From an uncultured bacterium (GTDB taxonomy: Bacteria > Chloroflexota > UBA5177 > JANWHV01): DNA of 48,714 nt. The notes beneath the pieces are model-generated. The model made no database searches. It saw only the letters and a program-made list of their open reading frames with translations, and had not been told where the DNA came from. Where the stretch lies: the NCBI GenBank assembly GCA_963827235.1, contig CAWHAE010000021.1, positions 1 to 48,714 on the forward strand. Direction: 5' to 3'. Both the position numbers and the translations under genes were made by a program. Shown one piece after another: positions 20,760-33,190 of the stretch (positions within the stretch are counted from its first letter, which is position 1; each line of letters begins with the position of its first letter).

Positions 20760-21446
20760 CTAATCCGCACGGAGCAGACGGTCGAGACAGGCGTCAATGG
20801 TCTCGCTACCATGGTAGCCGCGATTGCGGTCGACGGTCAGCAGGCCCATGAACGTGTCCCGATCGTAGAAGTACCAGCTTGGGTGAGCCTCGGAGGCAGA
20901 GCAATGGCGCGGTGCCGGTTCCGCGCTCTGTGCGCCCAACAAACGGCCCAACACGCACACTTTGCGGGCAAACGGCTCACTCTCCGCCTCACCGTGTGCG
21001 ACGCCGAAGACCTCCGGCAAGTCCGCGTCCGTCTGCACGCGCAGCAGCCCTATCTGGGGAAACGACGGGGTCGAAGCCAGCATCTCGTGCAGCAAGCGGA
21101 GCCCGGTGCAGGCCCGACGCATGGCCAGGAGGTCCCGGCTGTCCAGATCGTGCATGGCCAGGAACACTGCCAGATCGCCACGACGCGCCTGCCTGAGCGC
21201 GCGGTCCACGGCGAGAAGCCAGGCATGGTCGGCCGTGAGGTCGCGCCCGGTGCGCTCGATACCGGTATAGGGCGAGGTGAAGTGCCCGCAGACCAGGCAA
21301 TGCGTATCGTCCCAGCGCGATGCCTCCATGTGACCGCCACTTACCTGCAGGCCGAATCCCGTGGAGAATCGCACGCAGAGCCCGAGCGCGGATGGTGCTG
21401 CGCAGTTGGGGTTCGGACAGTCTATCGCTGCTTGCCTGCTACTCAT
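20760..21446 (-). CDS. Hypothetical protein with N-terminal CPxxxC...CxxC
   Basis: 228-aa ORF, ATG with GAGGTG RBS, same strand as the kinase. Confidence 0.55.
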   Translation of the reverse strand: MSSRQAAIDCPNPNCAAPSALGLCVRFSTGFGLQVSGGHMEASRWDDTHCLVCGHFTSPYTGIERTGRDLTADHAWLLAVDRALRQARRGDLAVFLAMHDLDSRDLLAMRRACTGLRLLHEMLASTPSFPQIGLLRVQTDADLPEVFGVAHGEAESEPFARKVCVLGRLLGAQSAEPAPRHCSASEAHPSWYFYDRDTFMGLLTVDRNRGYHGSETIDACLDRLLRAD

Positions 21447-21641
21447 CGCACCATCACCTCGCGTCGATCAGCCCCGACTATGGTGCAACTCTCGCCGTGA
21501 CTCTATTCTCCCGCACGCCGCGGCTCGGCGAAAGGGGCTCATAGGTACTCTATGCCCGAACTGCAGATACAATGCCTTCGGACACTGCCATGAGAATCGT
21601 CGCTCGCACCGGCCTTTGAGCCGAGTAGACTGCTCCGGTCA

Positions 21642-22442
21642 TTGATTTCGCGCTATACGCTGGCCGATCACGCCGCCATGAGCCCGCCCGCGCTGCAGCT
21701 GGGAATCTTCGCGCCGCATGCCCACCTGCTGTCGCACGGCATCTTCACACGGCACGGTGGGGTCAGCGGCGGCGACTTCGCGTCGCTCAACGTGTCGCTG
21801 ATGGTGGGAGATACTGCCGAGAGCGTGGGTGAGAACCGCCGGCGTTGCCTTGCCGCGCTCCACCTCGACGTCGGGTCGCTCACGGTAGCCGGCCTGGTGC
21901 ACGGCGCATCGGTGGCCTCGGTGGAAGCCGTTCACACGACGCCAATGCCGGACGGCAGCCGGGTCGTCGCCGGCGTGGACGCGCTCATCTCGGCCACACG
22001 CAACCGCCCGCTCATGGTCACGGCTGCCGACTGCCTGCAGGTGGTACTCCTGGACCCAATCACGCCCGCGGTGGGCATCGCGCATGCCGGCTGGCGTGGT
22101 CTGGTAGCGGGCAGCATCGGCACCACGATCTCGGCCATGCGTACCGAGTACGGCAGTCGGCCGGGCACCATGCTCGCCGGCATCGGACCGGGACTGGGTC
22201 CATGTTGCGCCGAATTCAGCGATCCTGCACGCGAGCTCCCGGACTCCTTCGTCCCTTTCATCCGCGGTCGTTATGTCGACCTGTGGGCGGCGGCGCGGCA
22301 GCAGCTCGAGGATGCCGGCCTTATGGTCTCGCGGATCGAGCTGTCGGGCATTTGCACGCGTTGCCATAGAGACCAGTTCTTTTCCCACCGCGGCGATCGC
22401 GGGCACACCGGGCGGTTTGCCGCAATCGTCTGCCTTCGCTAG
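21642..22442 (+). CDS. pgeF: YfiH/PgeF family (purine nucleoside phosphorylase / peptidoglycan editing factor)
   Basis: FTRHGGVS, SLN, TAADC, HAGWRG, GIGPGLGPCC, CTRC, FFSHR. Confidence 0.9.
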   Translation: MISRYTLADHAAMSPPALQLGIFAPHAHLLSHGIFTRHGGVSGGDFASLNVSLMVGDTAESVGENRRRCLAALHLDVGSLTVAGLVHGASVASVEAVHTTPMPDGSRVVAGVDALISATRNRPLMVTAADCLQVVLLDPITPAVGIAHAGWRGLVAGSIGTTISAMRTEYGSRPGTMLAGIGPGLGPCCAEFSDPARELPDSFVPFIRGRYVDLWAAARQQLEDAGLMVSRIELSGICTRCHRDQFFSHRGDRGHTGRFAAIVCLR

Positions 22443-22488
22443 ACCTGCGTCGTCCTGAGTTGACGCCACCTGAGAGGATTATTGGGCC

Positions 22489-23556
22489 GTGGATGAGAGG
22501 CAACTGTCGTTCCTGCGCGAGCTGACGGGCGCTCCCGGCGCTTCCGGCTACGAGGGTCCCGTTCGTGCCGTGTGGCGAGCCTCGGCGAAGGAGTTCGCCG
22601 CCGAGACGCTGGTCGACGCTCACGGGAGCGTCTCCGCCGTGGTGCACCCCGAGGGAGCGCCCCGCGTCATGCTTGCCGGCCATATCGACGAGATCGGTCT
22701 GATGGTTAGCACAATTGACGAGCAGGGCTTCCTGTGCGTCGTGCCGATCGGCGGCCACGACCCGGCCGTTCTCGTGGGCCAGCGCGTCCACGTCCACGGA
22801 AGGAGCGGCCCTATCCTGGGCGTGCTCGGGCGCAAGCCGATTCATCTCATGAAATCCGAGGACCGCAAGGCTCCCGTGGAGATCTCGTCGATCTGGGTCG
22901 ACATCGGAGCAGCCGGTTGCTCGGACGCCGAGAGCGTGGTGCGCGTAGGCGACTCGGTCACCTTGTGCGGCACCCTCGAGCATCTGCGCGGCGACCTGCT
23001 GGTGAGCAAGGCCTTCGACGATCGCGTCGGTGCCTACGTGGCGGCCGAGGTGGCGCGAGCCGTTTCGACGGACTCCTTGCAGGCAGCGGTCTACGCGGTC
23101 GGCACCTGCCAGGAAGAGGTCGGTTACCGCGGGGCGATTACCAGTGCCGAGCGTATCAAGCCCGACGTAGCCATCGCCATCGACGTGGGATTCGCCCTCG
23201 ACCACCCACACGTGGACGACGAGAAGAAGCGCCACAACGCGATCGCGCTTGGCAAGGGGCCACTCATCGCGCGCGGTCCGAACGTCAACCCGGTCGTGTT
23301 TGAGCTGCTGATCGCGGCTGCCGAAGCGGAGTCGATACCGTACCAGATCGAGCCTGCACCGGGAGAAAGCGGTACCGACGGCTGGGCGATTCAGGTGGCG
23401 CACCAAGGCGTGGCCACCGGTCTGGTCAGCGTCCCCGTGCGCTACATGCATTCGCCGATCGAGGTGCTGTCAACCTCGGATCTGGATCGAGCGGTCACTC
23501 TGCTCGCCGCGTTCATCCGGCGTCTGCGCCGGGACGACAAGTTCATCGAGCAGTAG
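22489..23556 (+). CDS. M42 family metallopeptidase
   Basis: GASGYE, AGHIDEIG, KAFDDRVG, QEEVGYRGA, GTDG, RYMHSPIE. Confidence 0.93.
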   Translation: MDERQLSFLRELTGAPGASGYEGPVRAVWRASAKEFAAETLVDAHGSVSAVVHPEGAPRVMLAGHIDEIGLMVSTIDEQGFLCVVPIGGHDPAVLVGQRVHVHGRSGPILGVLGRKPIHLMKSEDRKAPVEISSIWVDIGAAGCSDAESVVRVGDSVTLCGTLEHLRGDLLVSKAFDDRVGAYVAAEVARAVSTDSLQAAVYAVGTCQEEVGYRGAITSAERIKPDVAIAIDVGFALDHPHVDDEKKRHNAIALGKGPLIARGPNVNPVVFELLIAAAEAESIPYQIEPAPGESGTDGWAIQVAHQGVATGLVSVPVRYMHSPIEVLSTSDLDRAVTLLAAFIRRLRRDDKFIEQ

Positions 23557-23639
23557 CGGGACCTGTCGCGCTGGCGGGCGGTGCCGCGCTCGCCAGCCCA
23601 CACGCGGGAGAGATCGGTCGGGCTTCGCTCAGGCTACGG

Positions 23640-24035
23640 TCAGTGGGTGCCGCGAAGGTCGCGCAGGCGGGCTGCCGCGTCGGCGGCGACGATCTCGCCG
23701 CGCTCGAGCTGATCCAGCACCTGTTCGCGGCGCTGTCGCAGCTCTGGCTCGGTGAGCGCGGGCGCCAGTTCTCGCTCGAGCCCGGCGGCTTCAAGCGCTT
23801 CCTCGAGCCGGGCGCGGACGGTGGGGTAGGACAGCCCGAGCATGCGCTCCATATCCTTCACGTTGCCCCTGACTCGCAGGAACAGTTCCAGCAGGGAGGC
23901 ATGCGGCTCGTCCAGGCGGGCAAGCCTGCCCAGGCTGAAGGCGCCGGTCACCTCGGTGCCGCAGGCCGGACACGTGAGGCGCGTGATCGAGAGATCGGAG
24001 CGGCACGACGGGCACAACGTGGGCAGGTCACTCAT
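23640..24035 (-). CDS. DUF2089 family protein (Zn ribbon plus HTH)
   Basis: CPSC...CPACGT and RGNVKDMERMLGLSYPTVRARL. Confidence 0.9.
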   Translation of the reverse strand: MSDLPTLCPSCRSDLSITRLTCPACGTEVTGAFSLGRLARLDEPHASLLELFLRVRGNVKDMERMLGLSYPTVRARLEEALEAAGLERELAPALTEPELRQRREQVLDQLERGEIVAADAAARLRDLRGTH

Positions 24036-24225
24036 GGCGTCTGCCTCCCACGCCCATGGGCGCGGCCGGAACCCGGCTGCGACCGCGAGCGAAGCCGCGC
24101 GGCAATCGTGCTGCCGGCTCGCTGGCGCCTTTCCATCGAGCGATATGAGACATTTCCCTCAGTACGAATTTCACGACTTGCGCGTCGCGACATGGACCGC
24201 GAACGCCACTGCAGGTGCTCCTGCA

Positions 24226-24255
24226 TTGACCCGCATTCGACGCGCGACGTATAAT
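24226..24255 (+). promoter_or_regulatory. Sigma70-type promoter, probably for gyrA
   Basis: TTGACC (24226-24231), 18-nt spacer, TATAAT (24250-24255) in an AT-rich island; the -10 is part of the palindrome TATAATTATA. Confidence 0.7.
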
Positions 24256-24412
24256 TATATTGAGCAAGAATTGGACACAATACCAGTCAATAGGGCGGAT
24301 TGCTGCGCCGTTTTCCTCAGGTTCGCCGACGCCCTGACACGCCGGTCGCGCGCGTGGTTCCAGCAAACCGCGCCGCGGCTGTTGCGCGGTATTTCACGAA
24401 AGGCCCTTCTCT

Positions 24413-27000
<2,588 letters not shown>

Positions 27001-27011
<11 letters not shown>

Positions 27012-27936
27012 TACAATACTCTGTATTGACGACGATCCGAACATTCGCGAACTAGTTCAGGCGGCCCTCGATCTCGACGGCTATGACGTTATCCTGGCAT
27101 CGGACGGTGCGGAGGGCATCCAGAAAGCAACGCGCGAACAGCCGCACCTGATCATCCTCGACGTTATGCTGCCCGACATGCGCGGATGGGACGTGCTTGC
27201 CGCACTGAAGGAGCAGCCCAGGACCGAATCTATCCCGGTCATCTTCCTGTCGGCGCTCGACGAGACCGAGCACAGGGTAACGGGCCTGGCTCTCGGCGCG
27301 GACGACTATGTCGGCAAACCCTTCGCCATCCAGGAGCTGCTTGCCCGCGTGCGCACGCAGCTGCGTCACGCCGAGGAACATCTCCTCTCCGAGCTCACCG
27401 GCCTGCCGGGAAACACGCAGATCGAGCGCGTGCTTCGCCAAACCCTGCAGGACGACCGGCGGGACCTCTATGTCCTCTACGTGGACCTCGACAACTTCAA
27501 GTCCTTCAACGACGCCTATGGCTTCATGCGCGGGAACGACCTGATCAAGCTCCTGGCGGGAATCCTGAAGTCCACCATCATGAACTCGCATGAGAGCGCC
27601 TTCGTGGGCCACGTCGGCGGCGACGATTTCGTCGGCATGCTGCGGGGCAGCGACGCCGAGATGCGCAACGTCTGCGAGGCAGTGATCGGCCAGTTCGACG
27701 CGCAGGTACCGGCACTCTACGACCCCGAGGATCGCGAGCGCGGCTACGTCACCACGATGGATCGGCAGGGGGTAAGGCAGGACTTTCCCATTGTGACCGT
27801 GTCGATAGGCGTCGTGACCAACCGTCAACGTGTGCTCAAGACGGAGTACGAGGTGAGCGATATCGCCGCGCAGCTCAAGAAGCAGGCAAAGCTCTCCCCG
27901 GCGAGCGTCTATCTCGTCGACCAGCGCACCGAATAG
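27001..27936 (+). CDS. Response regulator with a GGDEF-family diguanylate cyclase domain
   Basis: REC domain (CIDDD, ILDVMLPD, GADDYVGKPF); LTGLPGN, DLDNFKSFNDAYG, HVGGDDF. Confidence 0.92.
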
Positions 27937-27941
27937 CCGCG

Positions 27942-28604
27942 CTACACCTGCCGGTACACGGCGATGACTTTGCCTTGAATGCGCACGGCCCTGGCGTCCT
28001 TGACGATAGGCGCCAGCTCGGGATTGCGCGGCTGCAGGCGTATTCTGCCGCCCGGTTCGCGGTAGAACCGCTTGAGTGTCGCTTCGCCGCGCTCATTCGT
28101 GCCGTCCGTCAGCAACGCCACCACCGTATCGCCGTTATTGGCAGTCTGCTGCCGGCGCACGATCACGATGTCCCCGTCGTCGATATGGTCCTCGATCATC
28201 GATGTACCCTTGACGCGCAGGGCAAAGACGTCGTCGTCGCCAGCGAACCCGTCCGCCAGGTCGATGTAATCGTCGGGGATCTCCGATGCCTCGATCGCGG
28301 TACCCGCGGCAATCTGGCCCACCAGACGAACGCGGACAGGCGAAAACGGTATAGGCGCGTCCGCCAGCACCTGTCCGTGCCGCAATAGCGTAATGCCGCG
28401 GCTCTTTCGCGGCTCGTGTCCGATAATTCCCTGATCACGCATCAGCCTGAGATGATAATCTATGTGACCGGTCGACTTGGCGGTTTCTCCCCCCACCCGA
28501 GCACCGATCTCCCGGTTGGTGGGAGGCCGGCCATGCTCGGCCGTGAGCTCAGCGATCGCCTGCTCGATACGCTGCCGCATGACTTCTCCACTGTGGCGTG
28601 GCAT
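27942..28604 (-). CDS. lexA: SOS repressor LexA
   Basis: PPTNREIG wHTH, IAAG cleavage site, VKGTSMI, ATLKRF. Confidence 0.93.
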   Translation of the reverse strand: MPRHSGEVMRQRIEQAIAELTAEHGRPPTNREIGARVGGETAKSTGHIDYHLRLMRDQGIIGHEPRKSRGITLLRHGQVLADAPIPFSPVRVRLVGQIAAGTAIEASEIPDDYIDLADGFAGDDDVFALRVKGTSMIEDHIDDGDIVIVRRQQTANNGDTVVALLTDGTNERGEATLKRFYREPGGRIRLQPRNPELAPIVKDARAVRIQGKVIAVYRQV

Positions 28605-28626
28605 GGCCCATCCTCCGCGGGCTATA

Positions 28627-28638
28627 GAACGTCTGTTC
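28627..28638. promoter_or_regulatory. LexA operator (GAAC-N4-GTTC SOS box)
   Basis: GAACGTCTGTTC lies 22 nt upstream of the lexA ATG, just downstream of the -10. Confidence 0.85.
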
Positions 28639-28644
28639 AAGCAC

Positions 28645-28674
28645 ATACTACCAGGCTGCGCCGAGCGATGTCAA
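28645..28674 (-). promoter_or_regulatory. lexA promoter
   Basis: Minus strand TTGACA (28674-28669), 18-nt spacer ending TGG, TAGTAT (28650-28645). Confidence 0.75.
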
Positions 28675-28702
28675 CCGCTATCGAGAAATGGGCGGTGCCG
28701 GG

Positions 28703-31081
28703 CTAGTCCGCGGGCTCCAGAGACGCCACGGCAAGGCTGAATTCGAACGTCGATCCGTGGCCGACGTCGCTCTTCACCGTAACTACGCCGCCCATCGCCT
28801 TGACCAGGTGTTGGCAGATGTAGAGACCGAGCCCGCTGCCGCTGAGTCCTTCTCGCGGCGTGTGGCCGAGTCGCGCGAAGCGGCCGAACAGCCGGCTGAT
28901 CTGGTCGGACGAGATGCCGGGGCCTTCGTCGTGAACCCAGAACCTGGTCACGCCGTCCCTGCCTTCCACACCGACCCCGACCGGACTCGCCTCCGGGCTG
29001 TACTTGATGGCGTTGTCCAGCAGATTCACGAGCACCTGCGCAAGACGCTCGCTGTCCGCGGTGGTCAGCAGCGAGTGGCGGGGCACGGTGACCTCCACGG
29101 CCTGCCCGGGATACTTGGCCCGAATCTCGTCGACCACCTGCCTCACCACGGCACAGGCATCGACGGTCTCTAGGCGCAGCGAGAACGTCGCGTCCTCCAG
29201 GCGCGAAGCCAGCAGGATGTCGCGCACCAAGCGGTCAAGCCGCTGCGCCGATCGCTGCATCTTCCGCACGGAGTTGAGGCGCCGCTCATTGGACAGCTGA
29301 TCCCAGTAGTGCGTCAACGTGTCCGCGAAGCCGATGATGCCGGTGAGCGGTGTGCGCAGCTCGTGCGACACAGTGGCCAGAAACTCTCGCCGAAGAGCAT
29401 CTACTTCTTCCAGATGCCGAGTTCTGCCGCGCTCGATGTCGTAGAGGCGCGCCTTCTCCAGCGCGCTCCCGGCCTGAGTGGCCATCGCACCGGCAAGATC
29501 GACCTCGTCGCTCGCGATGTCGGAGGCGGCCCTGCCGACGTAGTTCACGTACAGGGCCCCTCGCACGCAGCGCACGCCGTCGTGGTCGCACAGCACCGGG
29601 ACGAGAATACGCGATGAGTACTCGAGCTCCGTGCCGGCCGATGGGCTCGGCGAGGACGATTCCGCACCGTCGATGATCACGGGCAGCAGTGTCCGCAGCA
29701 TTTCGCTCTCCGATTCGACCATGTGCTGGGATATCGGCGATGCGCCGTGGTCGTCTTGCTCGGCGATTGGCTGGGGACCGTAACCGTCAGTGAAGTGGGC
29801 AACCGTGTTCCTTGCCGTGTCGTCGTAGAGATAAATGTCGCATGTTCGCGAGCGCAACGCCTTACGCGTCTCGCGCGCCACGACGCGCATCACCTCGTGC
29901 GTGTCAATAGACTCGTTCATGGCCTGGTTGGCCTTCAGGAGCGCCTCGGCCCGTGCGCGTGCTTCCGCCTCGGCCTCCGTGAGGCGTGCATTCTCCAGCG
30001 CGGCACCCACGACCTGGGCAAAGGTGACGAGCACCTCCGCCCGGCTTTCCGGCAGAGGCCGGCCGGAGAGCAGATTGTCGACCGAGATCATGCCTGCGAG
30101 ATTCTCCCCCCGCCGGATGGCTACGACCAGCTGCTCGCGCATGCGGCCGTGCAGGCGACCGCGATAGCGGGGATCGGTCACCGACCAGCGGTCATGGCAG
30201 TAGTAGTAGGGCGCGCCGGCAAGCAAGCGCGCCACGTCGGGGGCAGCGTCCTGCAGGTTTGAGTCGTCCAGCTTCAGCACCGAGCCGCCGCTGTACGCAT
30301 CGCCTTTCTCGCCCGTACCCACCATGATGCGCAGCACCGGCCCGCCGGCATCCACGGCGGCCAGAAAGACGCTGACCCGGTCGAAGCCCAAGGCGAAACG
30401 CACGGAGCGGTATGTGGCGTCGATCACATCTCCCACGCTGCGGCACGCCGCGAGAGAGGAAGTAGCGCCGCGCAGCCATTCCTGCTCCAGGGTCAGACGG
30501 CGCAGATCCATTCCCAGATCGTCGACGCGGCCGTCTCGCTCGGAGCGCAATCGCAATACCTGCAGCTGCAGGGCCAGGATGTCCATGAGCTGCGCCACGA
30601 GGACAGCGTCGCCGGGAGCCTCCCCGGTTCGCGCACTGACATCGACGACCACCGCCCCCACTACCTCCGGCCCGGCCCGAAGCGACAGCCAGAGAGCATG
30701 CTGGATTTGCGATGAAAGCGGCCAGTTGTCGCGTGCCGGGCCGCTCTCCTTCCACATGCTTCCCGAGCCCGACGGGCCCAGCTCCGATCCGTACATCCAC
30801 GATCGCAGGGGTGAGCCGGGTATGAACGACCTGCCCTCGCACGGCGAGTACGCGGCGGCACCATTCACCACGCAGGCTGCCACGTCCAACAACTCACGCT
30901 CGGGCCTCACCAGGAGCAGCACCAACTCGCGAGCACGCAATCGCTCCGCCGCCAGGCGGCAGGCGGTGTCGATGAGCGCACTCTCGGTGGCACAGGCCGT
31001 GAGCGCCCGAGTGCAGGTGCCAAGCCACTGCAGATCGGCGTCGCCCGAGGACTGGATTACGCGCTGCAAGCTGGAAATCAC
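28703..31081 (-). CDS. Multi-GAF sensor histidine kinase
   Basis: Three GAF-like repeats; FLATVSHELRTPLT, NLLDNAIKYS, DEGPGI, GSGLGL. Confidence 0.92.
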   Translation of the reverse strand: MISSLQRVIQSSGDADLQWLGTCTRALTACATESALIDTACRLAAERLRARELVLLLVRPERELLDVAACVVNGAAAYSPCEGRSFIPGSPLRSWMYGSELGPSGSGSMWKESGPARDNWPLSSQIQHALWLSLRAGPEVVGAVVVDVSARTGEAPGDAVLVAQLMDILALQLQVLRLRSERDGRVDDLGMDLRRLTLEQEWLRGATSSLAACRSVGDVIDATYRSVRFALGFDRVSVFLAAVDAGGPVLRIMVGTGEKGDAYSGGSVLKLDDSNLQDAAPDVARLLAGAPYYYCHDRWSVTDPRYRGRLHGRMREQLVVAIRRGENLAGMISVDNLLSGRPLPESRAEVLVTFAQVVGAALENARLTEAEAEARARAEALLKANQAMNESIDTHEVMRVVARETRKALRSRTCDIYLYDDTARNTVAHFTDGYGPQPIAEQDDHGASPISQHMVESESEMLRTLLPVIIDGAESSSPSPSAGTELEYSSRILVPVLCDHDGVRCVRGALYVNYVGRAASDIASDEVDLAGAMATQAGSALEKARLYDIERGRTRHLEEVDALRREFLATVSHELRTPLTGIIGFADTLTHYWDQLSNERRLNSVRKMQRSAQRLDRLVRDILLASRLEDATFSLRLETVDACAVVRQVVDEIRAKYPGQAVEVTVPRHSLLTTADSERLAQVLVNLLDNAIKYSPEASPVGVGVEGRDGVTRFWVHDEGPGISSDQISRLFGRFARLGHTPREGLSGSGLGLYICQHLVKAMGGVVTVKSDVGHGSTFEFSLAVASLEPAD

Positions 31082-31273
31082 CTCGTATGTCTCTCTGCCC
31101 CGTCACAGAGTGAGCACTAGGCAGGTGCCGTCGCGCGCGAGAGCTCGGAAGGTGAATCCAGCCCGCTCTGGAGTGCTATCCAGCGGCCAAGCCGTGAATG
31201 CTGCCCGCCGGACTGCCGTCGCCCACGTTCGCGCCCAACCCATGTACGCTACGGTCCAGTGCCATCATAGCCG

Positions 31274-32084
31274 CTAGTACTCCGCGAGTGTATGCCCTAT
31301 AGGTCCCTGTCCGCCGCCGATCTCCAGAGAGACCTTCAGACACGCGGTGACGTACGCCTTGCTCATGCGCACCGCTTGCACCAGCGAGGCTCCCCAGGCG
31401 AGTCGACAGGCAATGGCCGCCGCGAGCGTGTCCCCCGCACCGAGCACGGCCGTCGTGGCCACGCGCGGTGTGTCCAGCCATTCTCGAATACCGGTCTCCA
31501 AGGCAAGCAGATCGGGGCTCCGGTCGGTACCAATGCGGCCTCCCTTGACGAGCACGGCATGGGCACCCTGTTCCAGCAGCGCCTCGGCAGCCGCCTCCAT
31601 ATCGCGTTCGCCTCTGACCGGCAATCCGGTGAGCACCGAGGCCTCCGCTGCGTTCGGCGTGACGATAATCGCGCGTGGCAGCAGCACGCTCTTGATCGCC
31701 GCCACCACCGCGTCGCTCAAGAATCGGCTTGCCATGTTTGTCGACACATACCGGATCCACGACCAGCGGAGGCAGCGCGCCGGACGCCACTTCCATCTCT
31801 ATGGCATCGATTGCCTCAATGCCCGCGAGGTACCCCGTCTTCACGACTTCCGGCGCCAGATCGTCGAGGACGGCCCGTATTTGCGCGCGAATGATCTCAA
31901 ACGGCATCGCCTTCATCGCACGGATACCCAGCGTATTCTGTGCAGTCACACAGGTCACTGCTGTCGCGCCGTGCACGCGGTGACTGAGGAACGTCTTGAG
32001 ATCGGCCTGCAGACCGGCGCCTCCTCCACTGTCGGAGCCGGCAACTGCCAGGACACAGCGAACCTCAGACCGGCTAAGCGGCAT
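31274..32084 (-). CDS. thiD: Hydroxymethylpyrimidine/phosphomethylpyrimidine kinase, frameshift near 31720
   Basis: AGSDSGGGAGLQADLKT, TAQNT, VVDPV, TPNAAEA, LVKGG, GAGDTLAAAIA. Confidence 0.9.
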
Positions 32085-32263
32085 ACATCCTCCATACTGC
32101 CGGGATCTGCGGCCACGCCGGAGCAGGGCGCTGGACGCCCCGACACCGGCCACGGGATCGCAGGCGTGAAGCGTCGCAGAACGGCAAGAGCGCCGAGCCG
32201 GCGCGAATATGCGCGTATTTGGCCCCTCGGTATACTTCTGGTACAGCTACCAGGAGGCGGCCC

Positions 32264-33190
32264 ATGGCTACGAGTTTCGCGGATTTCGTCAAGGCGCGCA
32301 AGGAACAGGAGAACGGCAGGCACCCGGCAGAGCCGGTGCTCTATGCGCATCCGACTGACTCCACCGTGCAGCGCCTGCTCAGTCGCGTCGGTTTGCAGGG
32401 CAGCGTGGAGGCAATCATCAACGCCTACGTCCGCGTGGCGTTCGGCACGTTCTTGCACGATTCGGTGCAGGTTACGCCCCGGCAATTCCCGGAGATCTAC
32501 GCCCTGCTCACCGAGTGCGCCGACCGCCTGGCCATCCCGGTGCCCAGGTTGCTGATCGGTCCCGGCACCGGCGGCATGGAGCTCAACGCATACACCTTCG
32601 GGACGGACGAGCACTGCTTCATTCACATGACCTCGTTCCTGGCCCTGCAGCTTTCGCCTGAGGAGTTGCGCTTCGTGCTCGGGCACGAGTGCGGGCATAT
32701 CCACAACCAGCATGTCACCTACCTCACCCTGGCGTACGTGCTGCACTACCAACTCTTCAGCAAGTTCTGGCATAATCCCGACGCCTTCAAGTTCCCCATG
32801 CTCGCCACCAAGGTGCCCTTGGCCACCTGGCAGCGCCGGGCAGAGGTCACCGCCGACCGCGCGGGCGCCATCTGCGCGCAGGACACGGAAGTCGGCTGCC
32901 GCGCGCTGATCAAGCTGCGTCTCGGCTTCGCTTCGCTGGCCAAGGACGTAGACGTCGACGCCTACCTTGAGCAGGGAGACGACCTTCGCAAGTCCGGCTT
33001 CTTCGTGCGAGGTCAGGAGCTCACCTACACGCATCCGCTGGTCGTCAAGCGCATCAAGTTGCTGCGCATGTTCGCGCGGTCGGACCTGTTCTACACCTGC
33101 AGCGGGTTGCCGCGTCCCGCCGATGACCTCAGCCTGCTGCAACGGACCGATCTCGAGCGCGAGACGGAGCAGCTGGTGAAGGTATTGTGA
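32264..33190 (+). CDS. M48-family zinc metallopeptidase
   Basis: NAYTFG, ELRFVLGHECGH (HExxH), RRAEVTADRAG, THP..VKRI; AGGAGG RBS. Confidence 0.9.
   Translation: MATSFADFVKARKEQENGRHPAEPVLYAHPTDSTVQRLLSRVGLQGSVEAIINAYVRVAFGTFLHDSVQVTPRQFPEIYALLTECADRLAIPVPRLLIGPGTGGMELNAYTFGTDEHCFIHMTSFLALQLSPEELRFVLGHECGHIHNQHVTYLTLAYVLHYQLFSKFWHNPDAFKFPMLATKVPLATWQRRAEVTADRAGAICAQDTEVGCRALIKLRLGFASLAKDVDVDAYLEQGDDLRKSGFFVRGQELTYTHPLVVKRIKLLRMFARSDLFYTCSGLPRPADDLSLLQRTDLERETEQLVKVL

Noticed and set aside
32085-32263. TPP riboswitch upstream of thiD
   Set aside because: No CUGAGA or other aptamer motif on the minus strand.
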